The notes: generated by a model not told the origin, from the sequence alone. Shown: positions 54,970 through 63,829, counted from the first letter of the stretch. The stretch: DNA of 64,000 nucleotides from a virus (IMGVR_UViG_3300045912_000261:32001-96000); one strand, 5' to 3'. Program-made: numbers and translations.

Positions 54970-57022
54970 CCTCCTGCCCCATAGTCACGCCCGTGTGGGC
55001 TCCTGGGAAAGGCTGCTGTGTGGTAAGCCGCTCGGGGGCCCCCGCAAAGGGGCCTGCGATGCCGAGGCCTCCGGTACCCACAGCTGCCCCTGCCGTGGGG
55101 TTGGCAGGATTAGGTGCCGGGCCGACTGCCGACCCAGGTGCCCCTGGTGCTCCGGGGGCTCCTGGTGGGAGACCGGGTACCATACCTGCTCCAGGTTCCA
55201 TACCGGGCTGCTGAGGCTGCTGGTTCTCGATGCCTTCGGGGTAGACCTGCCGAACAACGGCATCTGGGTCGGGGTAGCCGAGCCACAAGAGAACCTGCTG
55301 GAGGGTGAGGCGCTTGAGCGGGACGTCCGTAGCGAACGGATCCAGGCGGGCCATTGTGTTGGTGAGCGAGGCAACCAGCTCGGGGATCGAACGCTGCATG
55401 ATGTTGGGCATCTCGACGTAGAAGGTTCGGTCGATCTGCTCTGGCAGCGCTCCATCATCAATTGCCTTGTCGATGCAGAAGTCGATCACCTTGGTGACCA
55501 TCTGCTCGAATAGCTCCTGCCTCGCCTCCATCATCTTCAGGACGGGCTGCTCCATGGCCGTAGCGTTCGCTAGGTTGGCGCTCCCCTTGTCCCCGAGATA
55601 ATGGATGGGGAGTCCTAGGGCGACACCAACCTGCCCACGCAGCATCTGGGCGTCTTGCTCGGCCTCTCCAGCACCTGATGTGGTCTTGAACTGCTCCAGG
55701 TTCTCGTTCTGGTTCTCAGTCAGAACCGACCCAGGGGCAGGAGGCGCGACGGGGTCGAAGTCGGCCGGGAGGCCTGTACGGCCCATGCCAGAGACCATCC
55801 TCTGGGCAGCCTGTACAACTGCCTGGGAACCTCCCTTCACCTTCTTACGGAAGATGAACGTGGCTAGAGCGCGAAGGAGGGTCAGCCTCCAGGTGAAGAA
55901 ATCGTTGAGGGCCCGTGCCCAGCGGACAGCACGCCAAAGTTCAGAGTTCCCCCGCAGCTGGAAGCTGTGCCTGTTGACCATGATGTGGAGAATCTTGCCC
56001 TCACCCATTTTGGACTGGGGAGGACTACTTTGGTCAGGCTCAGGCGGATAGAAGAGGTCCTCGTAGTACCTGGTGATTCTCTCCTGTGGCCCTGCAAAGG
56101 CCCACGATCCGTCACCAGTATAGTCGTACTTCTTCTTGACGATCACCCTCTTGTAGTACCGAGGCTTAGCCGCGTTCTCCTCGTCGGGAATGACGTCCTC
56201 GATCTCGTTGGGGTGAATCTGCCCCAACTTGACAGCCGAGGGGGGAGGAGGTGGCTCCGGCTTCTGCTTCTCTCCAGGCTTCGGCGGCTCAGCCTCCGGC
56301 TCCTCAATCTCAGGCTCTGGCATCCTTCCGGTGAGGTCTGGGTCCTCGCTGGGAGGGAGCAGTGCCTGCATGGTAGGATTAGGTGCCGAGCCGTTTGGTC
56401 CCGAGCCGTTGGGTGCTCCGTTAGATGAGCTGGGGAGGCCGATCTCCTCTTCGTCTTCGGGTGGGGCGAGGTCATCAGGGGACCACTCACCCTGATCAAA
56501 CAGCACGAGGAAGAGCTCGCCGAAGAGAGTGAGCTCAGTGCCCTTGCAAACTTGTGCTTCGTACGAAGTGAGGATCAGCTTGTTGTCCGGGTCCTCCCAG
56601 AACGACCTGATGAGTCGCTGGATCCTCTTGTCTAGAGCTCGCGGCATTGGAAGACCACGGCCCCAGACGTACTCGTTCATTGTGTCGACGCCGCGACCTG
56701 CAACAGGATCTTCCCGCCAGATCTTCTCAGCCTGCTCGTTCCTTGCGCGGCGGGCCTTAGGCGTCATGTCTAGGGAATCAAGGAGACCGGTTCGCTGCGC
56801 AGAGATGAGGTCCCAGGAGAAGTCTTCCTGGAGCGTCTCCCGCATCATAAGCTCGGCCTGGGCGTCGGAGATACTCTCCGTCAGGTCCAGAATCCGGTCG
56901 CGGAGCTCAGCCGATGTGGTCTCCTCCAAACTATCTACCCTCTCCTCGATGGTAGGACTGGGTGCCGAGTTGGCTGCGTTGGCCGACTCAGCTGGCTCAC
57001 GGAAGAAGTCTAGGAGGCCCAT
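54899..57022 (-). CDS. Portal protein
   Basis: Follows TerL. V.GRG, FWED..N, FGELF, G.P.HYLGD...NLA.A..M..P motifs. Confidence 0.88.
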   Translation of the reverse strand: MGLLDFFREPAESANAANSAPSPTIEERVDSLEETTSAELRDRILDLTESISDAQAELMMRETLQEDFSWDLISAQRTGLLDSLDMTPKARRARNEQAEKIWREDPVAGRGVDTMNEYVWGRGLPMPRALDKRIQRLIRSFWEDPDNKLILTSYEAQVCKGTELTLFGELFLVLFDQGEWSPDDLAPPEDEEEIGLPSSSNGAPNGSGPNGSAPNPTMQALLPPSEDPDLTGRMPEPEIEEPEAEPPKPGEKQKPEPPPPPSAVKLGQIHPNEIEDVIPDEENAAKPRYYKRVIVKKKYDYTGDGSWAFAGPQERITRYYEDLFYPPEPDQSSPPQSKMGEGKILHIMVNRHSFQLRGNSELWRAVRWARALNDFFTWRLTLLRALATFIFRKKVKGGSQAVVQAAQRMVSGMGRTGLPADFDPVAPPAPGSVLTENQNENLEQFKTTSGAGEAEQDAQMLRGQVGVALGLPIHYLGDKGSANLANATAMEQPVLKMMEARQELFEQMVTKVIDFCIDKAIDDGALPEQIDRTFYVEMPNIMQRSIPELVASLTNTMARLDPFATDVPLKRLTLQQVLLWLGYPDPDAVVRQVYPEGIENQQPQQPGMEPGAGMVPGLPPGAPGAPGAPGSAVGPAPNPANPTAGAAVGTGGLGIAGPFAGAPERLTTQQPFPGAHTGVTMGQEDAAAVEALRRAIAEERFRSNGGV

Positions 57023-57280
57023 CTAGAGTTCCTCTCGGGGGTTGTCGGCACGCCAAGTGGGACATCCGTCATAGTCCCGGGTGCAGCGCCCGAAGTAGGT
57101 GTTCGGAGAATTGCGGGCTTCAATGAGATGCCCTTCGATCCGGCAGAGGCATACATGCCGCGATACCTGTAGACCTGCAGGACATCTCACGGGAGGATCG
57201 AGAAGCTCCTGAGATCGATGTTCCTCTACGAACCGGCGGAGATCGACGTCGTCGCGGTCGAGAATCTTGGAGAGTCCCAT
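57023..57280 (-). CDS. Small Cys-rich hypothetical protein
   Basis: Five Cys residues. Fills the gap between TerL and portal. Confidence 0.6.
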   Translation of the reverse strand: MGLSKILDRDDVDLRRFVEEHRSQELLDPPVRCPAGLQVSRHVCLCRIEGHLIEARNSPNTYFGRCTRDYDGCPTWRADNPREEL

Positions 57281-57285
57281 ATCGG

Positions 57286-59451
57286 CTAGTACCTCACGCC
57301 TTCGTAAGTCTCAATGCCCAGGTCGTCCAGAGTGACGTAGTCCTCGCCGGGCATCGTAAGTACGCTGTGACCGAAGCGGGACAGGTACCCCACGACACCA
57401 GCAACGGAATCTGAGGTCTCCTTGAGCCCCGTGATGCTCTGTCCGCCATCCTCTAGCTGCATGAGCTCCCTGGACGCCCAGCCATAGTTCATCACGCGGA
57501 TACGACCCTCGTTGACCGCGAGCTGGAGGTCTGTGTAGGGCTGCTTGTCAACTGCCATAGGAGCTCCGGTTCCATAGGGGACCCCTGTGTTGGGATCGAT
57601 CAGCGCGCCCACGGTTACGAGACCAGCCCTAACAAACTTCTGTACCAGCGAGGCACTCTGGAAACCTGCCACACTAGCCGACGTGATGAGGAACCTCCGC
57701 ACCTGGCGAAGGGCAATGATGAAGTCTGCACATGCGCCTAGGTTTAGGTGCCCCACACGTGGCGCGATGACACGCATCACTAGGGGCACTTCGAAAAGGG
57801 GCACCTCAACTTCCATAGGCGCGTTCTCGATGAACGTAACAACCCGCTTCCAGTTGGAGATGCGCCCCAGGGCAACAGACGCAATCCCGCCTCCGGCAGC
57901 TACCGAGAGGTGTGCATGCCACAGAATCTGCGCGTCGCCCTGGAACTCAGGCTTCAGGGCTGCCAGCAGAGTGTCCAAGGAGCTACCGTCTGCCACTAGC
58001 CACTCTGAGCGCTCTGCTGCGGTCTCCTCCGTGGTCTCAGTGTCGGAATCCGCATCTGGATCCCACTTGTCGGTAGCAAGAATGCTCGAGGAGTAGTCCC
58101 TAATGGCTCCTTCAGGGTTCAGCTGGGACTGGAGAACGAATGCCTCGTCGATCTTGCGGCCCTCTGGGAACAGCATCCGGCGGCCGGGACGCTCAGCGAG
58201 CATGATGCCTGCCATCGACATCGTGTCCACCTGGTCGTCATGGTCCCCGTTCGGGAAGTTCAAGAGCTCTTCCTCCCAGTCGGGAAGCCAGGGTGCCGAG
58301 TCGCGAGCATACACAGTCCCTGCTGCGAAGCGCGCAAGGATACTCGAGGCCCGGGAAACCTTGTCCTTGTCGGCAGGGATGGGTCTGACAGGGAGGCCCT
58401 CCCTAAGGGCTGTCTGCACCACACTCAGCTGGAAGCCGGTCTTCTCAATCCCGATGTACCCGGGGTGCCACTTCTGGTACACCCTATTGAGGAGGTTGAT
58501 GTGATCCGGGCCAGCCATGCGGGATCGCTGCACATCTAGCACCAGGAGGTCAGCCTCGGGAGTCACCCCGAACACAGAAACGACAGAGTAGTCCGCTGTC
58601 TCCTTCAGGGATGTTGCAAGGTCGGTCGTGGCAAATCGGAAGAGGTCCTGGGGAGCTACGGTCTTTAGATCCCCATTGCTTTGTAGGAGCTGGTAGAATC
58701 CAGTGCTGGGGTCGACAGTGAAGTACTTGAACCACTCAGGCTTGAACTGGTGGGCGCCAGGAGCGATGAACTGGGCCTCGTACTCTTGTGCAAACTTGTA
58801 GGGTCCCAGCTCGAGCTTAGCAGCCTCAATCTCGGTCTGGGGGATCTTGGGATTGTCAGCTGTGGGCCTCTGCCACCGCGCCCAATCACCCAGCTTCGGT
58901 ACCCGTTCGAAGAGCTTCCAGAACCAGTTGCGTCCCTGGGGAGTGGAGATGAAGATGCACCAACCTTCACGGTCGGAGAGCGCGGGGCGCAGGGCCTCAG
59001 CCCAGGCGTCCTCTTTCACATAGGCAGCCTCGTCGATAACGAGGCCGTCTAGACCTGAGCCTCGAAGCGAGTCGGGGTTGTCAGTTGACCTCACAGTAAT
59101 GCTGCCGCCACCAGGAAGAACGATCCGGCGCTCCACCTCACTCTTTTCGACCCAGGCTCCGATAAGAGCCTTCTTCAGGTCGCGCCAGATCTGGTTGGAG
59201 ATGTTATAGGTGGGGCAAACCCACCAGACATTGCCTCCCTGGAGAGCACCAATTCGGGGGCTGTCTGCGGGGCCGTGACCCTGAACCACTGACATGAGAC
59301 CCAAGACGGTCTTCCCCCAGCGGCGCCCACAGCAGCAAACCTTGAAGCGTGCAGGGGACTCTAACACTACGGCCTGGTGCTGCAGCGCTCTCGGCAGGAT
59401 GATGCGCGGAACATCCTCCAAGTCTAGGGGTCGACCAGCCGTTACGGGCAT
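57286..59451 (-). CDS. terL: Terminase large subunit with a C-terminal extension
   Basis: CGRRWGKT, LRG..LD..VIDEAA, ISTPQGRNWF, QEYEAQF, TDLA, IEKTGFQ, FPNGDHDDQVD. Confidence 0.95.
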   Translation of the reverse strand: MPVTAGRPLDLEDVPRIILPRALQHQAVVLESPARFKVCCCGRRWGKTVLGLMSVVQGHGPADSPRIGALQGGNVWWVCPTYNISNQIWRDLKKALIGAWVEKSEVERRIVLPGGGSITVRSTDNPDSLRGSGLDGLVIDEAAYVKEDAWAEALRPALSDREGWCIFISTPQGRNWFWKLFERVPKLGDWARWQRPTADNPKIPQTEIEAAKLELGPYKFAQEYEAQFIAPGAHQFKPEWFKYFTVDPSTGFYQLLQSNGDLKTVAPQDLFRFATTDLATSLKETADYSVVSVFGVTPEADLLVLDVQRSRMAGPDHINLLNRVYQKWHPGYIGIEKTGFQLSVVQTALREGLPVRPIPADKDKVSRASSILARFAAGTVYARDSAPWLPDWEEELLNFPNGDHDDQVDTMSMAGIMLAERPGRRMLFPEGRKIDEAFVLQSQLNPEGAIRDYSSSILATDKWDPDADSDTETTEETAAERSEWLVADGSSLDTLLAALKPEFQGDAQILWHAHLSVAAGGGIASVALGRISNWKRVVTFIENAPMEVEVPLFEVPLVMRVIAPRVGHLNLGACADFIIALRQVRRFLITSASVAGFQSASLVQKFVRAGLVTVGALIDPNTGVPYGTGAPMAVDKQPYTDLQLAVNEGRIRVMNYGWASRELMQLEDGGQSITGLKETSDSVAGVVGYLSRFGHSVLTMPGEDYVTLDDLGIETYEGVRY

Positions 59452-59457
59452 GTGGTC

Positions 59458-59625
59458 CTACTGCCTCCAGGTCTCTACGGTGAGCAATAGGTCCTCAAGG
59501 GAAGCTCCTTCGAGCAGGGAGATTTCGAGCTCCCTCATTAGAGCCTCATGCCCTCGGTTGGAGGGCTGGAGCTTCTCTCTGGTCTGCTCTGCTAGAGCTT
59601 CGTGCCAATCTAGTTGGTAGGACAT
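59458..59625 (-). CDS. 55-aa hypothetical protein (MSYQLDWHEALAEQ...LTVETWRQ)
   Basis: Hand-translated. Its start lies inside a copy of the dispersed motif. Confidence 0.5.
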   Translation of the reverse strand: MSYQLDWHEALAEQTREKLQPSNRGHEALMRELEISLLEGASLEDLLLTVETWRQ

Positions 59626-59657
59626 GGTGCCCGAGTCGACTTGTGGTGGGACGGTAA

Positions 59658-60044
59658 TTATGGTATCGTCCTTGGAGCTAGACGGATCTCACCCGTTCTG
59701 GCGTAGTGGGCACAATCTAGTGCCGGGAAGTACTGGAGGGCGAGATCGTTCGCCTCAGGAGCCCTGGTGTCGATAAACTGTCTGATACCCGTTCGTGTCT
59801 CGTCCATGATAATACAGGCGTCTAGCCTTGCCTGTTCTTGTGCTTGAGCCACCTGGATGATGTCTCGGGCCTCTTCTCGGTCGGCTAGCTGTTCATTCCT
59901 AACTAGCACACCTAAGGTAACAGCCAGCACCAGCAAGGTCAGGGTCATTGCGGCTGCCATAGACTTGAAGACCAGCAGCCTGGTTGCGTGCTCGTTGGGC
60001 TTGCTTGGGCCCACACGCTTGAGTAGACGAGAGATTGGGATCAT
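59658..60044 (-). CDS. Single-TM membrane protein
   Basis: Hydrophobic helix followed by a helical domain with two Cys. Confidence 0.6.
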   Translation of the reverse strand: MIPISRLLKRVGPSKPNEHATRLLVFKSMAAAMTLTLLVLAVTLGVLVRNEQLADREEARDIIQVAQAQEQARLDACIIMDETRTGIRQFIDTRAPEANDLALQYFPALDCAHYARTGEIRLAPRTIP

Positions 60045-60141
60045 GCCCCAAAAGGCCCTGAAATAGCTGCGGCGACAATTACGATCAGGTTGCCCCAGGT
60101 CCAGCAGCGAATTGTGAAGGGGATCTTCTGGTGCAAGACTG

Positions 60142-60492
60142 CTACTTTTTGAAGAGTCCTGTCAGTACTGCTAGAGGCAGGTACCCCATCAGCAGAAGAT
60201 ACGCGGCTAGGAGAGGAGCTGCCACCGTTCCGTCCCGGGAGTCGAAGAAGAGAAGGGCTCCGCCAAAGATGAAAGCTACCACTGTCGAGATAACCGGCCA
60301 CCAGACCCGAAACCACTGAGGAGGCCCATCTGGAGGGTAGGGATTCTCCTTGCCCTTGATGCCTCCGTTGCCGCTGTCGCTGTCGCTGCCGTTGCCTCCC
60401 CTCCTGCTCCCTCTGGGCCTCTTCTGCCCCCTCTGGGGCTCGGTTGACATCAGGAGCCCTGGGAGCAAGCCTACCGCTGCCGTAGACATCAC
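60142..60492 (-). CDS. Two-TM membrane protein
   Basis: Two C-terminal hydrophobic segments and an ATGA overlap with the HNH gene. Confidence 0.55.
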   Translation of the reverse strand: MMSTAAVGLLPGLLMSTEPQRGQKRPRGSRRGGNGSDSDSGNGGIKGKENPYPPDGPPQWFRVWWPVISTVVAFIFGGALLFFDSRDGTVAAPLLAAYLLLMGYLPLAVLTGLFKK

Positions 60493-61064
60493 CCATGGAT
60501 CTCTTGTGGAACTGGATCTGAGGGTGCGATGGGATTAGGTGCCCGAGTCGTCGAGACGATAGGACTAGGTGCCCGAGTTGCCGAGTCGGTAGGTACTGGA
60601 GGAATGTCGCTGCCGTCGTAAGGACGCTTGAGATTGCACTCCCGGCAGATGATTCTTACGTTGGAGCGCATGTGCTTGCCTCCACGTGCAATGGGGACAA
60701 TGTGGTCCAGATTACGACTTCTCTCGTGACCAGGACGGTTAGCCAACTTTCTCTGGCACAGAGGACACGTCGTTGTAGAGCGCCAGAGCTCGATCATCCA
60801 CTCGCTAGTAATGTCAGTGTGCTGCTGCCTCGCCCTCCGGAGGTGAAGCTGGTTGACAAACTCCGCCTTATCTTCCGGACTGGGGCCTAGAGTAGCTAGG
60901 TACCGCTTCCTGCGCGCCCGAGCGGATTGGTACTTCCGCATGCACTCCTTGCATCTGTGCTGCAGCCCATCTTTCGACTCGGTCCGGCGGTAGAAGGCCT
61001 CTCTCGGCTTCCGCTTGTGGCACTTGTTGCACACCTTCGTTCGAGACTGTGTCTGAGTTGCCAC
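60489..61064 (-). CDS. HNH endonuclease
   Basis: CNKC..CKEC zinc finger, CPLC, DHIVPIARGG.H..SN....CRECN. Confidence 0.9.
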   Translation of the reverse strand: MATQTQSRTKVCNKCHKRKPREAFYRRTESKDGLQHRCKECMRKYQSARARRKRYLATLGPSPEDKAEFVNQLHLRRARQQHTDITSEWMIELWRSTTTCPLCQRKLANRPGHERSRNLDHIVPIARGGKHMRSNVRIICRECNLKRPYDGSDIPPVPTDSATRAPSPIVSTTRAPNPIAPSDPVPQEIHG

Positions 61065-61095
61065 GATAGGACTGGGTGCCCGAGTAGCCCTGGCG

Positions 61096-61638
61096 CTAGC
61101 TACTGCGCCAGTCGACTTCTTCGGGAAGCTTATTGTGCTTCCGGCAGTTACAGGACTTGCAGGCTGGAGTTACATTCTCTAGCTCGTGCCGTCCACCCCT
61201 GCTGACGGGTACAATGTGATCTACTGTGACAGTACCTGGAGTAAGAGTGATTTCGCAGTACGTACACTTCCAGCCCAAGAATTCACATAGCTCGAAAAAG
61301 TCCCTCAGGTCTAGATAGCCTCCAGCCTCAGTCCTACGCGCTCGGTAAGCATGCTGCCAGTTGCGCTGTTTCTCCCTGTTGCGCTCTAGGTACTCTTGCT
61401 GTTGCTCCCGAATCCAGTCCGCATTCAGTTTCCTATACTGGCGATTGTACTCTGAGATGTGCCCTTTGTGTTGTAAGCCCCAAGCTTTTCTACTGGGGTA
61501 GGATTCACCGTTGTGGCAAGGCTTACAGCGCCAAGAGCGCCCTTTGCGGCCGCTTCGGTTCTTGTAAAAGGCCCCAGGAGGCAAATCTTGACCACACTTT
61601 CCGCAGCGGAGCAACTCCTGTTCCCTTACAAGATTCAA
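61096..61638 (-). CDS. HNH endonuclease
   Basis: CGKC..CKPC, CTYC, DHIVPVSRGG.H...N..PACKSCN..K. Confidence 0.9.
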   Translation of the reverse strand: MNLVREQELLRCGKCGQDLPPGAFYKNRSGRKGRSWRCKPCHNGESYPSRKAWGLQHKGHISEYNRQYRKLNADWIREQQQEYLERNREKQRNWQHAYRARRTEAGGYLDLRDFFELCEFLGWKCTYCEITLTPGTVTVDHIVPVSRGGRHELENVTPACKSCNCRKHNKLPEEVDWRSS

Positions 61639-62450
61639 CTACTTCTCCAATCATCTGTATAAATCACTTGGACCTGGACGGTGCCCTGGTTGTTCCCGAT
61701 GCTGACACCTGGCTTCTGGTCGTTCGCGGGGTGCTTGCCGTCGCCGTTGGTAGGCTTGCTGGGCTCCTTGCCCCGACTGAGCCTCTCTAGCGCAACGCCG
61801 TTCTTGAGCCACTCGTTCATCATCTGAGGCGTAAGCTCTTCGGGGTCCATGTCCTCTAGGGCCTCTGCTACCTTGTCAATAAGGCGTCTGGCGAGGCCTG
61901 CATGAGTCAGCTCCATCTCAATGCTGTCGGCGCGGAGCTGGATTTCCTGTTCCTGCTCTCTGAACTTGTCGTACGCGCTTGCGCGATACTGCCAGCAGTA
62001 AAGGGCTGCGATCGTGTTGAGCGTCGCGGGGTTCACCTTCAAGAGCTCGGCTACCTTCGCCAGCGTCCGCCGCTTATGCTGCGCCAGCCTGCTCTTTGTA
62101 AGGTTGCTTGCCTGTGTGGCACTAGAGGCCGTGATCGTGGTATAAGGGTAATCCCTGTACTTCTTGAACGCCTCGTAGTACTTCATCGGCTCGTTCTCGA
62201 GGCGCTCCCAAAAAGGTGTCCCCTGCGGCGTAGTGGGGAAACCTTCAACGTAGCTTAGCGGGATGAGGGTGGGCTCCTCGTAGTCCTCGCTCAGGGTTGT
62301 GGGGTCCCAGTACCCCTCGATGTTGCCATCGACGTCTAGGGGGAGCTGTCTGGCGTTGGCTCTATCGACTAGCGCCTTAGTCGCATTGAGCATCTCCGGA
62401 GGGAGATCCAGCTCTTGTCTTGCGGTAGTGGGTTCTAGTGCGGTCCCCAT
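61635..62450 (-). CDS. Terminase small subunit-like protein
   Basis: First gene of the late operon. WERL..E...YEAF..Y, RTLAKVA (HTH), W..RA.AYD, coiled-coil tail. Confidence 0.65.
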   Translation of the reverse strand: MGTALEPTTARQELDLPPEMLNATKALVDRANARQLPLDVDGNIEGYWDPTTLSEDYEEPTLIPLSYVEGFPTTPQGTPFWERLENEPMKYYEAFKKYRDYPYTTITASSATQASNLTKSRLAQHKRRTLAKVAELLKVNPATLNTIAALYCWQYRASAYDKFREQEQEIQLRADSIEMELTHAGLARRLIDKVAEALEDMDPEELTPQMMNEWLKNGVALERLSRGKEPSKPTNGDGKHPANDQKPGVSIGNNQGTVQVQVIYTDDWRSS

Positions 62451-62484
62451 GCTCCAGCTCGATCTAGGGTCCCATCTTACTTGA

Positions 62485-62523
62485 ATTATACACTCCGGGG
62501 CAGGATGATTTCACGATCATTTT
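62485..62523 (-). promoter_or_regulatory. Putative late promoter (AAAATGATCGTGA-N20-TATAAT)
   Basis: Perfect TATAAT upstream of the terS-like gene. Matches the element at 48641-48679. Confidence 0.72.
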
Positions 62524-62633
62524 CGACCGATTTAGTCTCCGAGCCCAAACCGACTTGATCGGGCACCTGCCCCCCCCCCGTCCAAACCCTGCCTGTTTTG
62601 CCTGCCCCCTTGTAGGAGAAGAGACGGCTGCGC

Positions 62634-62941
62634 GGTGGTTGGAATTAGAATGGTTGGGTGATAGTTGTATAGAGGAGGTTAGAGGGGATGTGGTTGAAAG
62701 AATTTGTAAGGTAGTAAAGAGAGGAAAGTAGATTGGTAAGTTTATGGTAGATGGAAGGTTAAAGTGAAGGAAGGAAAGGAGATGATGAAGGAATGAAGTA
62801 GGAAAGGTTGAAGTAGTTGGTGTAGAGTATAGTGAAAGGAGTGGGGGATATGTGGATGATGATGTGGAATGGTGAGGTGGAGAGTGTGGAAAAGGTGAAG
62901 AAGGAATGTGAGATGTTTGAGTTGGAGATGGTGATGGGTTG
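62634..62941. other. 308-nt cytosine-free, G/A-rich non-coding tract
   Basis: No C on the + strand between C62633 and C62942. Preceded by a C-rich run (62566-62610). Confidence 0.9.
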
Positions 62942-63065
62942 CCGCTGGACGGAAAGTTTTGTGTGATTCTCCGGGGATCGAAGTCTGTTTTGTTGAAGTT
63001 AGGCTTCAGAGGGGATATGGAGCCGAGATGGACGGTCAGTCACCGTACAATCCGAGGAGGATACA

Positions 63066-63323
63066 ATGGCCGCTGCGAAGAACACCGAGAAGAAGATCTA
63101 CGTCCGTGTGGACGTGAAGCAGGTGCGCAAGGGGTTCGTGCTCGTGAGCCGCACGGTCCCCGGAGGGAACCTGGACGCCGTGCCGGAGGACGTCAAGTTC
63201 CTGACGCGCGGGATGTACATCCGGACGGATGAGGAGGTCCAGGTGGGCGACAAGCTCCGTCTGGAGATCATCGTCCGAGGGGTCGAGCGCCCGGAGGTCG
63301 GCGGCGACGACCAGGAGTTCTAG
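63066..63323 (+). CDS. Hypothetical early protein
   Basis: GAGGAGG RBS and strongly GC3-biased codons. Confidence 0.75.
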   Translation: MAAAKNTEKKIYVRVDVKQVRKGFVLVSRTVPGGNLDAVPEDVKFLTRGMYIRTDEEVQVGDKLRLEIIVRGVERPEVGGDDQEF

Positions 63324-63347
63324 CAGGACGAGCTAGAGCTAGAGCAT

Positions 63348-63385
63348 GAGCAGGCTGCAGTCTCTCCGGGGACTGCAGTCTGTTC
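63348..63385 (+). other. Strong intergenic RNA hairpin
   Basis: GAGCAGGCTGCAGTCTC-loop-GGGACTGCAGTCTGTTC, with G-U pairs. Confidence 0.55.
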
Positions 63386-63416
63386 AGGTGAAAGTAAGCA
63401 ACCGGAAGGGGGATAC

Positions 63417-63554
63417 ATGCCCGAGATGCCGCAGGACCCGAAGTGTCCGGTCTGCCGCCGGTGGTGCTCGGAGCGCGAGTGGCTCCAAGGGCAGTGTGAC
63501 GACTGCCCGGGGCCGCCCCGCTCAGGCCGCCGGCCGTCCCGAAAGGGGGACTAG
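63417..63554 (+). CDS. 45-aa zinc-finger microprotein (MPEMPQDPKCPVCRRWCSEREWLQGQCDDC...)
   Basis: Hand-translated. GAAGGGGG RBS and TAGTG coupling to the next gene. Confidence 0.65.
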   Translation: MPEMPQDPKCPVCRRWCSEREWLQGQCDDCPGPPRSGRRPSRKGD

Positions 63555-63829
63555 TGATCCCGAGCAAGCCCAAGCTGGGCCTCAACACCCGCCCGCTGGC
63601 CATGGAGCGCATGCGCACCCGGATGGAGTCCCACATCCGCCGCGCCCTGGCCGGCCTCGACCTCCATGGCGACACCGACTACTACCTCGCCGAGACGGAA
63701 GAGACCGTCCGTGAGGTGGCCGCGCTCCACTGCCCCTCCGCGGACGACTGGGGCGAGATGTACCCTCTGGCCTGTCTCGTCGCCCAGAGAATCGAAGACG
63801 ACCAACCGACCCGAAAGGAGGATACGTGA
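63554..63829 (+). CDS. Hypothetical early protein
   Basis: GAAAGGGGG RBS. Coupled. Confidence 0.65.
   Translation: MIPSKPKLGLNTRPLAMERMRTRMESHIRRALAGLDLHGDTDYYLAETEETVREVAALHCPSADDWGEMYPLACLVAQRIEDDQPTRKEDT

Larger units (their letters stand above)
7687..61087 (+). repeat. Dispersed, strand-polarised ~20-bp motif GRTAGGAYTRGGTGCC(C)GAGT (variant CGGTAAGCTCCGGTGCC), about 17 copies
   Basis: Copies near 7687, 7716, 7740, 12984, 13556, 13583, 21072, 46895, 46943, 47407, 53634, 55103, 56372, 56951, 59616, 60528, 60558 and 61065. One partial inverted copy at 47301. Confidence 0.85.
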
